From Lytechinus pictus (Eukaryota), in contig NC_087245.1 in assembly GCF_037042905.1 (NCBI RefSeq), forward strand, positions 11,162,001 through 11,226,000: 64,000 bases of DNA, in the 5' to 3' direction. The stretch's first letter is position 1. The number at the start of each line of letters is the position of its first letter. Positions 36,119 through 48,661 of the stretch are shown piece by piece. Below the pieces are notes generated by a model, which saw only the letters and a list, made by a program, of their open reading frames with translations, was not told the origin of the DNA and did no database searches. A program made the position numbers and the translations under genes.

Positions 36119-37235
36119 AAGCACCCCCTCCCTCGAGCTTAAGTTCAGTTTGGTGCCCCCTCATAACGGGTCAAGTTGATGCCCCCTAAGTTTAAGTTCA
36201 GTTTGCCCAACCCCCTCCCCCCGTGTGACACATGGATGCGCCCCCGGTCAAACATCAAATTGGCACCCCAAAGGTCGAGCATCATTTCTGCTCCTCACTA
36301 GGTCCAACTTCAAATTGCAGGTGCACCCATGCACGCTCTTTTATTATTATTATTATTATTTCATCTCCTCCTCTTTTCCCCCTTCATTTTCCTTCCCCCC
36401 CCCCCCCCCCTTTATTCCCTTTTCTTTTTTTCCTTTTCTCATATACTTTTCCCCATTTTTTGCGATCTCTTCTTCCTACGTTTTTTTCTCTCCCTTTTAT
36501 TTTCATATATTTCCTCCTTTTTCGACTACCCGGGTCCCGTGCCCCAACCCCCCCCCCCAAAAAAAAAAAATATATGCGCATAGTGTGTGTCTCAATGAGG
36601 TGTCACTGAGAGTTCCCTGTGTTTTTGGCAGCCTTATTGTTGGACTTAGTTTTCTTGTATTGATACATTCAATTTGATTTCTACTTGATTACTTTGGGGG
36701 TTAGAAGAGCATGCAGCAGTGTTTACCCCCCCCCCCCCCCCATCACCCTAGTCGCCAATTCATCCTATTGCTTGCTTGGTTATGAAGACCAAGACAAACC
36801 AGCCATATTGGTGGATATATCGAAGTTCACACCCCGAATAGCCCAGGCGCACAAAGGGAGCACACAGTGTGAATAGGGCTTCATGGCTTTACACAGCAGC
36901 CGTCCCCGGATGTTTAATTAATTGGAAGAGTGCTAAAAAATGCATACAACTCCCTAAATAACTTGAGATTCTCAAATCGGCAACTGTATCTGTTCTGTGG
37001 GTGTGGTTGACTTAGAGGAGCCAATTGGTTGAAAAGGACGACTGGAATATCACATTATTGCTGTAGGGGTGATAATGGTGCATGAACAGCGTATTGGAAC
37101 AAATCGCCTGGTCGGAACAAATAGACTATGACGATCGCATCACACAACAAAATTCGGAACTAATCGGCGGGTAAAAGAGCCGCCGATTAGTACCTCCGGC
37201 CCCGATCGGCTGCCCGGTCCAAATCGCCTATGACA

Positions 37236-37300
37236 CCGGGAATCGAACCCACGACCTCCCGTTCATGAGGCGGGCACTCTTCTACAGAGCCACCTTGTCC
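37236..37300 (-). mobile_element. tRNA-like head of a split SINE (body continues at about 34500-34577)
   Basis: Minus-strand B box GGGTTCGATTCCC and A-box-like GGTGGCTCTGTAG. Confidence 0.7.
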
Positions 37301-37686
37301 GGTTGTTTAAAATGTTTATGATTATTACATTGATAATGATACTAATAGTGATAATGATGATGACTTTAATATCAATTTTATAACATTTAAGTCCGCAAAT
37401 TAAGATAAATCACAATTTATGTTTAAATTGAATCTAACGCACCTCTTTATAACACACTGGGCCCTGGTAAAAGAAATCTCCCTTTTGAAATTGAAATGAG
37501 ACTTGATTCATTTTGCCACCAAAGTGCAGTACATTTTTGTTCCTCATTTGCGAGAGAAAGAATGATTAATTGATTTGTTTGCTCTAGAACCCTCTTACAG
37601 CCATGCTGAAGTATGACACGGTAAGGCTGGTGTATAATATTCTATAAATTATTTTGTCGGTGTTTGCTGACGGTTAATGTATCATA

Positions 37687-38656
37687 CAGTGCGTATCAAA
37701 AAAATTTACACTTAGAAAAAATCCTGTAAAATTATACATTTGTAATATCCTGAAGATTTTTCTACATTTTAACATTGGTACAGATCCATTTAAGCAAATG
37801 ACGATATAACTATCGAAAAATATTTCCGCTTGAGTTAGCACCACTTACTTCTGAAAAGTTAGTGAAAATGATTTGCGCAAAACTTTGAAATAGTTATGCA
37901 AATAAAATTTGACCTTAATTATGAAGAACACGTGGAATTTAGCTAGTAATATTTATTTGAAGATATATTTTACCTTTTTTAACTTGTTTCCTTGCCTAAA
38001 ACACTTCGAAAAGTGCATTGTTCCCCCACCCTTCTCCCCGACACACCGAGGCCATCGTGACGATATTTGCTTTACACTGAGTTTGATTTACATGAAATGG
38101 CGTAGGCTTAAGTTTCATTTTGTTAATCATTGTTAAGCTTGGGAAAAGTGTGGAGAAACAAGTATTAAATGAAAAATGAGACTTAAACCCACTTTAAATG
38201 ATAAAAACTTAGTGAAAAAATACTGGAGATGTCTGATATAAACTTTTGTTCAGATTCAGTTTATATGTCCTCAGATCCAGCTGGCACAATAAGGGTAAAG
38301 GTTGTGCTTACTATACAATTTGGGTGGCAAAATTGTTACAAAATGCTTGAATGTATCCGTTTTGACTAAAAGTGCAAGGCAAATGTATGAGAAATGTTTC
38401 ACAGGGTGTTTGATTTCGCCCTTTCCCCTTGATACAGCGTGAAAACGAGCATTTCTGCGCAAACAGATTTCTGCGAGCTCTACAAAAATGGACAGTGCTC
38501 ACTCAAGTGTAACATTCTGTCAAAACTGTTACTTTCATTGGATAGATGGGACCCAAACCCAAGATTATACATGTATGTGAAAAAATTACCCACATACTGT
38601 ATATTTTTTAATTCCCAGGGCTTTTTCAAAGTGTAAACTTTTTTTGATACGCACTG
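37687..38656. mobile_element. Tc1/mariner-type non-autonomous element (970 bp)
   Basis: TA-CAGTGCGTATCAAAAAAA.TTTACACTT...AAGTGTAAACTTTTTTTGATACGCACTG-TA. Confidence 0.9.
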
Positions 38657-38724
38657 TAGTGTAGATATTCTATTCTAAATCAAATGACTTAAAACATCAC
38701 TAAATTGTTAATGGTTTATGGATT

Positions 38725-39125
38725 CAGTGGGAGGTGGGAAGGGGGAGAGGGTAGAAGGAAAATAATGACGGGAGGTGAAAGGAGGGTATAAAGAGGAAGA
38801 TAAGGAGAAGGTATAGAGGATGGTGATGAGGAGGAGGAGGGGGATAAGAGGTTGTAGAAGGAGGAACGAGAGTAGGATAGAGGAGGAGGGGAGTAAATTG
38901 TGTAGAAGGAAAAGGAGGATCGGAGTTGGAAGGAGAGTAAAGGAGGCGGGGAAGGAGGTAGATGATGACGATGAGGAGGGGTAAAATTAGGAGGGGAGTA
39001 CGAGGAAGGAGAGGGAGGGAGAAGGAAGGGGAGGAGGAGGATGAAGAGTAATGAGGGATGGAGGGCGTGTACAACAAGGAGGCTGGGAGTGTAAGGAGGA
39101 GGAGCAGGTGTAGGAGCAGGGGGGT
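38725..39125. repeat. GGA/GAG purine-rich low-complexity tract
   Basis: Degenerate (GGA)n. Confidence 0.85.
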
Positions 39126-39495
39126 TCTTATAGGAAGCCCCTTCCTCCCGGCAAATTCAAATCGTACTCAGTCTCTTCAACTATATGGTACAATCCGTAA
39201 AAATGCGCCAAAATTGTTGGTGCTATGTTAACCGTGTATTAGCGTTTGGTGAAAATTCTTGCTCTGCATGGCAGAGTAAATCAATCAACACCATAATAGT
39301 ATTTATCAATGAACTGTATGGACAACAAAATATCAATAGGAAATGACAATTAAAAAAGTGAATCAAGTCATTGTGCTGATTGCAAATGTTTAGTTGTTTT
39401 CAAGGTTTATCATTTTTTACCATTGTTTAGAGGATAACTTCTAATATTAATCGTGCCATGATGAATCCAATCTGTTGCGGAGTCATCGCCATAAA

Positions 39496-40095
39496 AAGTT
39501 AAAATCCACCCCATCGAAAAATTGATTTGAATAAAAAGAGAAAAATCAAACAAGCATAACACTAAAGATTTCATCAAAATCGGGTGTAAAATAAGAAAGT
39601 CATGACATTTTAAAGTTTATTTTTCAAAAATAAGTTATGTATGCACAACTCAGTGATATGCAAATGAGGGAGTCGATGATGTCCCCCACTCACTATTTCT
39701 TTTGTTGTTTATTGCTTGAATATACCATATTTCATTTTTTTTTATTTGACAATGAGGACTCTCTTGTTTAAACCACAAAATGTTAAAACAATGATGATTA
39801 CACATGTTCACGACGGAGTAAATCTTCGTTTCATATGGAATTAGACAAAATTACGGAATATTTCATATTCCATGTAATGAAATACAAAAGAAATACTGAG
39901 TTGATGACGTCATCAGTTTGCTCATTAGCATACCGACCAGGATGTGAATATGACTATTTGGTGAAATTAAGCGAAACTTGAAAATGTTATAATTTTCTTA
40001 TTTTAAATCCGATTTTAATGAAATTTTTAGTGTTATGTTTGTTTGATTTTTCTCTTTTTATTCAAACCAGCTTTTTGTTCGGATGGACTTGTCCT
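39496..40095. mobile_element. Kolobok-type MITE (diverged copy)
   Basis: Colinear with 29264-29870; ends GGATGGACTTGTCCT-ttag. Confidence 0.85.
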
Positions 40096-43000
40096 TTAGG
40101 TATTTTCTACTGAGTGACCGCTGTGAATAAGTTTGAATAATAAGGATCTTTGTAGGGCAATTTATAACAAAATATACTCAAATTTATTGAGCCATTAGAA
40201 AAATGGGTCAAACAAGTTTTTTTTTCCTAATCTTTATTCTTACAAAGTGCGGGGAGTGTATCCAAAAGACAATGCGAAAAGAGCGTTGGTAATGGAATAT
40301 CATTTTCTAAAATACTACATATAAGTATTATATTCTAATGGCTAATTATAGGAAATTCTGAATTGGCAATATTGTACTTTATCATGATTAGAGAAATAAA
40401 TGAAAGATGGATGGGGGACCCGACATGGAACATGAATAGAAGCTTCAAGTGCGTTTCGACATAAAGAGATTTGTATTTTCATTTTTTTTTAAGAATGAAT
40501 CATGCAAATTATATTGGATTTCTTATATGTGCTTGAAAAGCGCATGTGATCGTGCATTTATGTGCGCTTGAATATTTGAAAAAAAAGAAAACGTAATTTT
40601 TCGGCGATTGGTAATATGGCAAAAACTAAATTGTTACGTTTCTTGTTTAAAAAAAAATCAAGCTCTTACCGCATAGATTGAAACAGAGAAAGAAATGAAA
40701 ATACTAATCTTCGTCATCAATGTCAACATGGCATCATCGTTACGATAACATTAAATGATGATGAATAATATCATCAATGATAAAATTAATAATGATAATT
40801 TAATGATATGAATAATATTCAATCGTTATAATAAACGTGTAATACATTATCTATTTTATCTATCTAACTATCTCTCAAGTGGATATTTTCGGCCTACGGG
40901 CTTTTCAGAAAGTTATACATGTACATGTACTTTTACGAAGACTGTATATTAATTATCGCTTCTTTTTTAGGCATGGGGAAGGGTTTTATACCCAAACGAA
41001 AAAAAAAGCATATGTTGTTTTTAATCAAACATTGTTTGCTATTTTTATATACATTTCAAAATCTTTAAGTTAAAATTTTGAACCAACGTGTATTTTAGCA
41101 TACATGTAGCCTACAATGCTCCATTTTCTTTCGAAAAATGAAATCAAATTGAACAAATATGAATGATAACTAGATTTACCCCCCCCCCAAAAAAAAAAGG
41201 CTTTAAATTACTATTTCAATACATGAATCAAAGTCATTCTGAAAACAAAACTAATAGGGATCACTTAGAATAGAAGCATCATTCAATTCAACAGTGTTAG
41301 TGACAGCATGGTGACAGACACAATTTTTGCATCATGTCCAATTTTAGCACATGACGTTGCGTTGCCAAGCGTGGTGTGACGTATATGCCTTTACAATAGT
41401 GTCAGAGCGCCAGGCGTGCTCTCTCATATTGTACGATGGGGAGAAAGGTACAAATAAATGATTTGTTTGTTTAACAGGCAGTTCAAGTTGAAATATTTTG
41501 CATACAAATCTGTTTGCTTCGTTTCCTATTTTGTGGTCTATAACTGGCATACCGAGCAAAAGCAGGGACATCTCGATTTGATTCATATATAATTTCCGTC
41601 GGTCACTTAACGTATGAGGGGGAACACATCAGTTATCTTACACATTTATCAAACTGCTCTTATTTCCTACAGAAATGGAATCCTTATTATGTGTATACAT
41701 TAGAATCTCTGATGCATTCTCTGAATAAAAGAATGTATTTAAAAATTTAACGCATTGAATTAAATTGAATATTAAAACTTAAAGTATTCCTTATGAATTT
41801 TGCACAGTTTAGTTCAAAATATCCAGATTCTATTAAAAGAATATACTGACAATCAAATCACTTGCATTGTCCCATGAAGGGATTCCCGAGAAAATTAATA
41901 GAACCCGAATGTTAGAGAGGATTTTCTCTAAAACCATCTGTACTATACCTTCAGGTGAGTAAATTCAAATTATTGTTTCAATCAATTTTATTCGTAATCT
42001 AACTAAATACTTTGATAAACTTTACTATCATTGTGTCAAAGCTAACTAGAAAAGAATAAACTAGACGGATGTGAGTAGAATGAGTGGTAAATGTCAAGAT
42101 GCATTCAGCTATTACCCCAACTCAGCAATTCTTAAGATTTTTAAGAATATAATTATTTACAAGGTAATGAACAATATTTATGTTGTCATATCAATTTAGT
42201 CAATATGTGTTTTAAAAAAAAGGAAATTTGACATTCATGTTATATACTGCGAAACTATATATTCAAATCATGATATGACTAAACCAAATCGGGAAAATAT
42301 CAAGTTTTCTTGTATCTCCTGGCGGAGGCAGCTAGCATAATATTTCATTTTTATGGGAATACTATATATAAATACATTACCTAGAGCATAAATATGAGAA
42401 ATATTTTAATCGCGTTTATACAAATATATTTCAATAACCACGCCAAATGCAACATGATGAATATCAACATTTTGCTACAAAACCAAAATGAACATTAATC
42501 GAAATATCTTGCCAACAAAATATTATATTTGGAAACCCATCGGTATTGTAATGATTTTGATAGACCAATTCAATACGGCAACATGCAATAAATATATGTA
42601 TGTTTTTCAAAATTATAGCCTAACCTATATAATCCTGAAACTTCTGACCATAAAACCTTAGAGTTTATTTACACAAAACTTGGGTTAGTATGATAATCGC
42701 AAAGCCATTTGATGTAGGCCATCTTTCTTCTGATGTGTGAAGGAAAACATAAAAACGCATATTTTGTTTCTGATCTTACAAAAAAAGATCAAAAAGCTGT
42801 AAACCTATAAAAAACACAAAAAATACATTCTGTTCTCCGTTCTTTCCATCACAATGGTTTTGATGGCTTCTTATAAAATTATCATTGTATTGGGAATCGT
42901 ATAAAACAAGACGAGATACATCGCTTTTCAATCTAACATCATCATCATCATATAAATGTATAACTCCATTCCTAATGATTGAAATGAGGCTGAATACACG

Positions 43001-43175
43001 CACACATCAACAAAATGGCGTCTTAATCGCAACGACATAGCAATTGGTAATAATAGTTCATATCATGTTCAACAGAGCATGAAGATGTTGCGAGAGGGAG
43101 AGAGCAATACAGCAATATGTTTAGGTCGAAATATTATGTCATTAGATTTGAAAAACATAATATGACAAGGCCTAC

Positions 43176-43260
43176 CTTGGTGATATCTTTTAAATGTCTG
43201 CCCGAATCAAAACCCTTTGAAGTCTAAGCGCTGCGTAGTGGCACACACTGCTGCTGCAGA
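43176..43260 (-). other. Putative non-coding first exon of MS4A-like A
   Basis: CCAAG/GTAGGC donor at 43175; local similarity to 60072-60150; the coding exon has an acceptor just before its ATG. Transcription start not determinable. Confidence 0.5.
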
Positions 43261-43406
43261 TATTATAATAACCTACGGCTCTATTTACAAAAGAAAATGG
43301 ATTCTGTCCGTGGAAGGAGCGAGGGTTTTTGTATAGAGGTATAACTCTATTGAAGCAAATATTGGATGAAGTGGAATACCTAATATCATAAACCTTGCTG
43401 CATCGG

Positions 43407-43419
43407 TGTAGCGGGCGCT
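43407..43419. promoter_or_regulatory. 13-bp motif TGTAGCGGGCGCT shared by both paralog upstream regions
   Basis: Exact copy at 60280-60292, at a similar distance from the putative first donor. Confidence 0.5.
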
Positions 43420-44124
43420 CGTCTCTCTCTACATTAAATATATATTTTTCATATGTTCTATAAAAATATAAACCCTTTCCGAAATTAACCTAATAACGGA
43501 TTGAAATTCAGAATCCCTCTTTAACTCATTTCTAATATGTCTATTCTAAAAGATCATGCACTTTATTATTTACCATCTTTGCCTTACCACTTAATGATGA
43601 TAATAATAATTCAATATTTGTTTATCTATTTCAATATTTATATGATTCTTTCTCACTTAACGTTATTTTCTTTCTCAGAAATATACTCCTTTCCTGTATC
43701 GCCAAATTTATTTCCAAGGCTCTTCGGTAATGCTATATCCACTGTTTACAAATTCCCACCCACACACGCACTCACCACACACTGAGTATTGTGTCTCGGT
43801 TTTATTTTACTCCCACAGTAGACCTTCTCATCTTCTATTCAGCTCGAGCTGTCCCTTTCCTCTCATCACCCTCACACAGTTTTATGCCGCTATATGTTCT
43901 TTTTATATAATAACAAAAAAAAAACGTTTTATTTACCCAGGGTAGCTACTACAGTTGTAAAATTGATCTACCCGGGGATAACGCATAACATAAAAATGTT
44001 ATTGTTATACCCTTCTCCTATATATCATGCCTATCTGATTGCTAAGCGCGTCTTTGAAGTCCTTTTCCCATTAATTTGGTTATCTTTCCTAGAGCTCACT
44101 GCATCTATCTCCCAAGAGTTCCTT

Positions 44125-44262
44125 CCATTCCTCCCTCCTCCTCTCTTCTTCTCTCTCACCCTCTCTTCTCTCTCTCTCTCTTTCTCCTCTATATCTCTCT
44201 CTCTCTCTCACAGATACACACCTCTTTCAAACACCCCCACACACACGCACACCCACACCAAC
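44125..44262. repeat. (CT)n/(CA)n simple repeat
   Basis: Direct inspection. Confidence 0.85.
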
Positions 44263-44538
44263 GTGTGTTCTAAAAAAAAATCCAAAAGTTATTTTATTCA
44301 AAATATTTCATTGTAGAATCATTTATTACAATGAACATGATGAACTCCCTCGTCCATAAGAAAGTTGATTGGTTGTTGATATTTTTTTCATTCTCCATCT
44401 TTCCCCATCTCGTGTTTTTATCCTTGGTCCTTCTGCTTCATTCTGTTTTTAATCACTTTACGGTGCTTCCTCTCATTCTCCATCCAGCCCCCTTCTCTTT
44501 CCTGTTTGTTCTCCTCTCTCTATATTTCTTTCCCCTAA

Positions 44539-45018
44539 TGGACAAGTCCACCCCAACAAAAAATTGATTTGAATTAAGAAAGAAAAATCCAATAAGCATA
44601 ACACTGAAAATTTCATTAAAATCGGATTTGAAATAAGAAAGTTATGACATTTTAAAGTTTCGCTTAATTTCACAAAACAGTTATAATCACATCCTGGTCT
44701 GTATGCAAATGAGGAAACTGATGATGTCATCCACTCACTATTTATTTTGTATTTTATTATATGAAATATTATATTTTTCTCCTCATTGTCGGGTATTTCC
44801 TCCATGAACATGTGGAATTAGTATTGTTTAATACTATATGGTTAAGTCAAGTTGGTCCTTATTGTCAAATCTGCAAAAATGTCACCCAGTTGTGCATATC
44901 ACTGTTTTGTGAAAATAATCGAAACTTTAAAATATCAAACTTTATAAATTGATATCCGATTTTGATGAAATTTTCAGCTTTAAGCTAGTTAGAATTTTCT
45001 CTATTTAGGACTTGACCT
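44539..45018. mobile_element. Kolobok-type MITE with internal deletions
   Basis: GGACAAGTCCACCCCAAC...GGACTTGACCT; same family as 10923. Confidence 0.85.
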
Positions 45019-47500
45019 TTGATAATCATTTTGACGGTGATACCATTAAACCAAAGGGTCGAGATGAAGGTCAATTATGTAGGTTGCGCAGTGGAAGAAT
45101 ACCAGTAGCAGTAACCGGAAGTCTAGGAGGGCCCGTATATGTGAATTCAACCATGTAAACATTAATATGACCTGAACTCTTTCCTTTCTAACGTATTTTA
45201 CATCTCCAATGTCGATAGCTATTCGAAACGGTCAAAGAAAGACTATTATGATTCTTAACCAATGAAGTAAAACCATTCTTACAACGTAATTATTTGACAG
45301 CCAAAAAATAATCAAGAGATTTGAAACAAAACAATGGCGTTGGGTATGTTTCGTTTAATTTCGTATTCATCGTCTGGATTTGGATACAAATACAAATAAA
45401 AAGGCATTTGATGTCCCCGCACACAGCACAAGGCGCTGGGGGCGAGACTTGTTATGGGAAGGAAAAAACTAATTCTGTCATTCGTCAATGAAATGAAATG
45501 TCATGTTTGTTTTTTAAATTGAATATGAGATAAGATGGAATCACAAGGCCCAGATTTCAGTTTTGTGATATTCTTCTGTATCCTCTTTACATTATTTTCC
45601 ACCATTATATTACCACAACATGAAAAATCATAATGAGGTTACCCCCAAGTCTCCATAGTACCGCACCGATTAACTGTTTTACGGTTTAATCAGTAAACAA
45701 CTCAATTTAATGTGTTCAATCAGTTTGGCTAACCTCAAATTGTAAAGGTTGTCCTATATATATTATGATCAAATCAGCAACGTTCCACGATGTATCTTTT
45801 TATTTTGTAAAAATACATTACAATGTCATAAATGTGTAATAATTAACGTCTGCATAAAACAAAATGTGTTCAAGCCTGCAAAAAATATGGCATGAAATAT
45901 AAACGATTTTCTAATCAAATATATACGACAAAATAATGAGCATGATGAAGAACCCATGCACTTGATTTTACCATAATGGAACAGTTAAGTTCAATTCTTG
46001 TATGGAAACTTTTTTACTGACAATCTTTACAAAATTCATATTAAGTATGCACCAAATCCTTCATTTTCACTCGACAGAATGCAAAAAAAAAGCCCCAATG
46101 ACAAACTCGGTCAATTCGATCCCGCGCTTTTGAGTTGTTGTTTTTCTCGAAAAAGTTTACACGTAAGCGAAAAATGTCTGCGTACGGCAATGTTTTCTTG
46201 TTTTGTAAAACATATGAAAATATATATGCTCTCCAGCTGACCTTCTGTAACTATCATTAACTATTATTAACGATGAATGAGTACGAATTATATTGAATAT
46301 TCAGTTTAAAAAAATATTGAATCTCTATAAAGAAACAAAACAAAAACGAAAGACATTACACATGTTCAACATTATACCTCACAAACCGTATGAATGAAAC
46401 TTAGAAATAATTAGAATAAAGCTTTAAATATGATTAAACCGAAATTTAACTCAGGATAGTACTGAAAAACAGAGCTTCTATTATTTTACTACAACCTATT
46501 TGAAAAAAAAATGTAACCATACTTCCGAAAGAAATTAAAAAACAAGCCACCACATAGCAACACACATGACAAGCTAAATGTATACATATCTGTACTATTT
46601 CGGATGATAGGTTTTGAGTGAACCTGTTAGGCCTCATTTGATTTCATTTCGTTTATCGTGCCGATGATTGAGTGTGAAATTTCTAAAAGAACGTATGAAT
46701 ACAGTCTATAATGTAATAATTTAATTTATAATACATGTCATGAATGTTCGTTGTCATACGACTCTACGGGCGACGTGAATACAGTTCTTGCTTACTGGCC
46801 AATAATGCAAAAAACATGTCAATATTTTTCAATTAGTTTTCTCAATCCCAATTGGTATGCATTGTTCCAGTGACAAACGGTATATCAACGGATGAGTAGC
46901 AGAGACATGTTACATTTTAGGGTCAAGGTTTAAGTTAAGAACATTTTCTTTTGAATAAATAGTATTTTAATATCACTGAAAGATATTTATATATTTGAAA
47001 TACATTGCATGGTTTGTACGCATCCCAATCGTCAATATGAACCAACTAATATTGAGGCCACAGGAAGCCTTTCAGAAAGCACCCCATTACGAAAATAGAT
47101 GTATGTAATATGTGTTATCATCTTCTCTCCAACCGTTGTACAAAATCAATATGATTGGATTCACTATGTATGCCATTTTTAAAAAATCGATTATTTTGTG
47201 TTCATTTTAATTTGTAATTTGCATCTTGCATTGTATCATGATTCATTGCACTCTTTATTCACCCTGTTTAAATTGGATACGCATTACAAGTTCTAAAAAA
47301 CATAAGGATTATATTCCTTTCCACTGCTATACTAGAAGTCTTCTTGATTCAATTGTAAATTGAATTATAAAGAAAATAAAAAATGATGTAAAAAAGGAAA
47401 TTACAACAAAGTTTACATACGAAGTGGGTTCATTGTAGGAATAAATGTATCAAGCAAATCCATATATTTAGCATAAACTAATGAAACAAGTCCTAAGATA

Positions 47501-48244
47501 CAGTGCGTCCCACAAAAAACGAAACCGTGATTTATCGATGATTTATCATAACATAAGATTATTTCTCATTCACGCATGAGTGAGCAACAACAATTTGAAG
47601 AGGGGATACCAAAAATTAATTTGGCGGGCTGTATCTGGGTTTCAAAACGAAACCCCATTTTTGAAAAGTTCAATATCTGCTCTTTAATTTGATACCTCTA
47701 TTACAGGAAATGGTCAAGAAATAACAAAGTTCTGGTTATTTGAAATAAGGCTTGAATTTCAATAATTTCATAAAATGAAGAGGTTTTACAGGCTGGCGTT
47801 CAAACTCACTCGATACTCCGTTTTGTTGACGATCAGCCATGCATTAAGTCTTTTGTTAACCGTTCGATAGCTTCTGTGGGAAATCGGTGAAAACACGTTT
47901 ATTTAATGAAATTATGGAAATACAAGCATTGTTTCGAGGGAACATAACTTTTTTACTTCTCGACCATTTTTAGTGATTAAGGTTTCAAATAAAAGAGCAG
48001 ATATTGAACTTTTTAGGCATTTGAATTTCTTTTTGAAATTCAGATACCCCCCGCCAAATGACTTTTTGGTATCCTTTCTTCAAATTGATTTTGCTCATGC
48101 GTGAATGAGGAATAATCTAAGTAATGTCAGATGAAAGAGGAGATCCTAAGCTTTACATTGATTGGTCATTTGTCTTTTGTATTCATGATTAAGTTATGAT
48201 AAATCATCGCTAAATCTCGGTTTCGTTTTTTGTGGGACGCACTG
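47501..48244. mobile_element. Tc1/mariner-type MITE with long TIRs (744 bp)
   Basis: TA-CAGTGCGTCCCACAAAAAACGAAACCG...CGGTTTCGTTTTTTGTGGGACGCACTG-TA; inverted similarity extends a few hundred bp inward. Confidence 0.92.
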
Positions 48245-48485
48245 TATAGCACAATTTGTTTACACGGGTTCACAGGTTTGTCATTGTATATGCGTCAACT
48301 CCATTTTCAAATTCATAAGGTATAAAGTATTCTTTTAAGAAAAAACAATATCCATGAAATACAATAATTGTATTTCATGGATATTAATTGTTTCCCTCTT
48401 CCTTCAATGTATGTATTTTCTTCTTAAATTGATCATTGTATTTTAGAGAAATTAATTCGGACAGACACAGAGCAGAGTTGAAGAT

Positions 48486-48661
48486 TCAGGCCACCATTCC
48501 CCCAGATTTGGTTGGTACTCCAACAGCTTGCTGGTTGTAAGGGGCAGCTGCAGCTTGGTTGTATCCGGCTTGAGGGGCAGGTTGGCCCGCTGGAGGGTAG
48601 GCCTGCTGAACGTTGTAAGCTGGAGGGGGTTGAGCGATCCCCACTGGCTGTGGAAATTGGC
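48486..48661 (-). CDS. MS4A-like B last exon
   Basis: QFPQPVGIAQPPPAYNVQQAYPPAGQPAPQAGYNQAAAAPYNQQAVGVPTKSGGMVA*. Confidence 0.88.

Larger units (their letters stand above)
34578..37235. mobile_element. Ginger1-like non-autonomous DNA transposon (TGT...ACA) inserted in a SINE
   Basis: TIR TGTGGTAGAAGATTTGGACCGGG vs TGTCATAGGCGATTTGGACCGGG (19/23); flanks CCGA/CCGG; flanking DNA rejoins as one SINE. Confidence 0.62.

Noticed and set aside
41950..41960. Strong plus-strand donor CAG/GTGAGT suggesting an antisense exon
   Set aside because: Single motif without a supporting ORF or partner exon; expected by chance in 64 kb.
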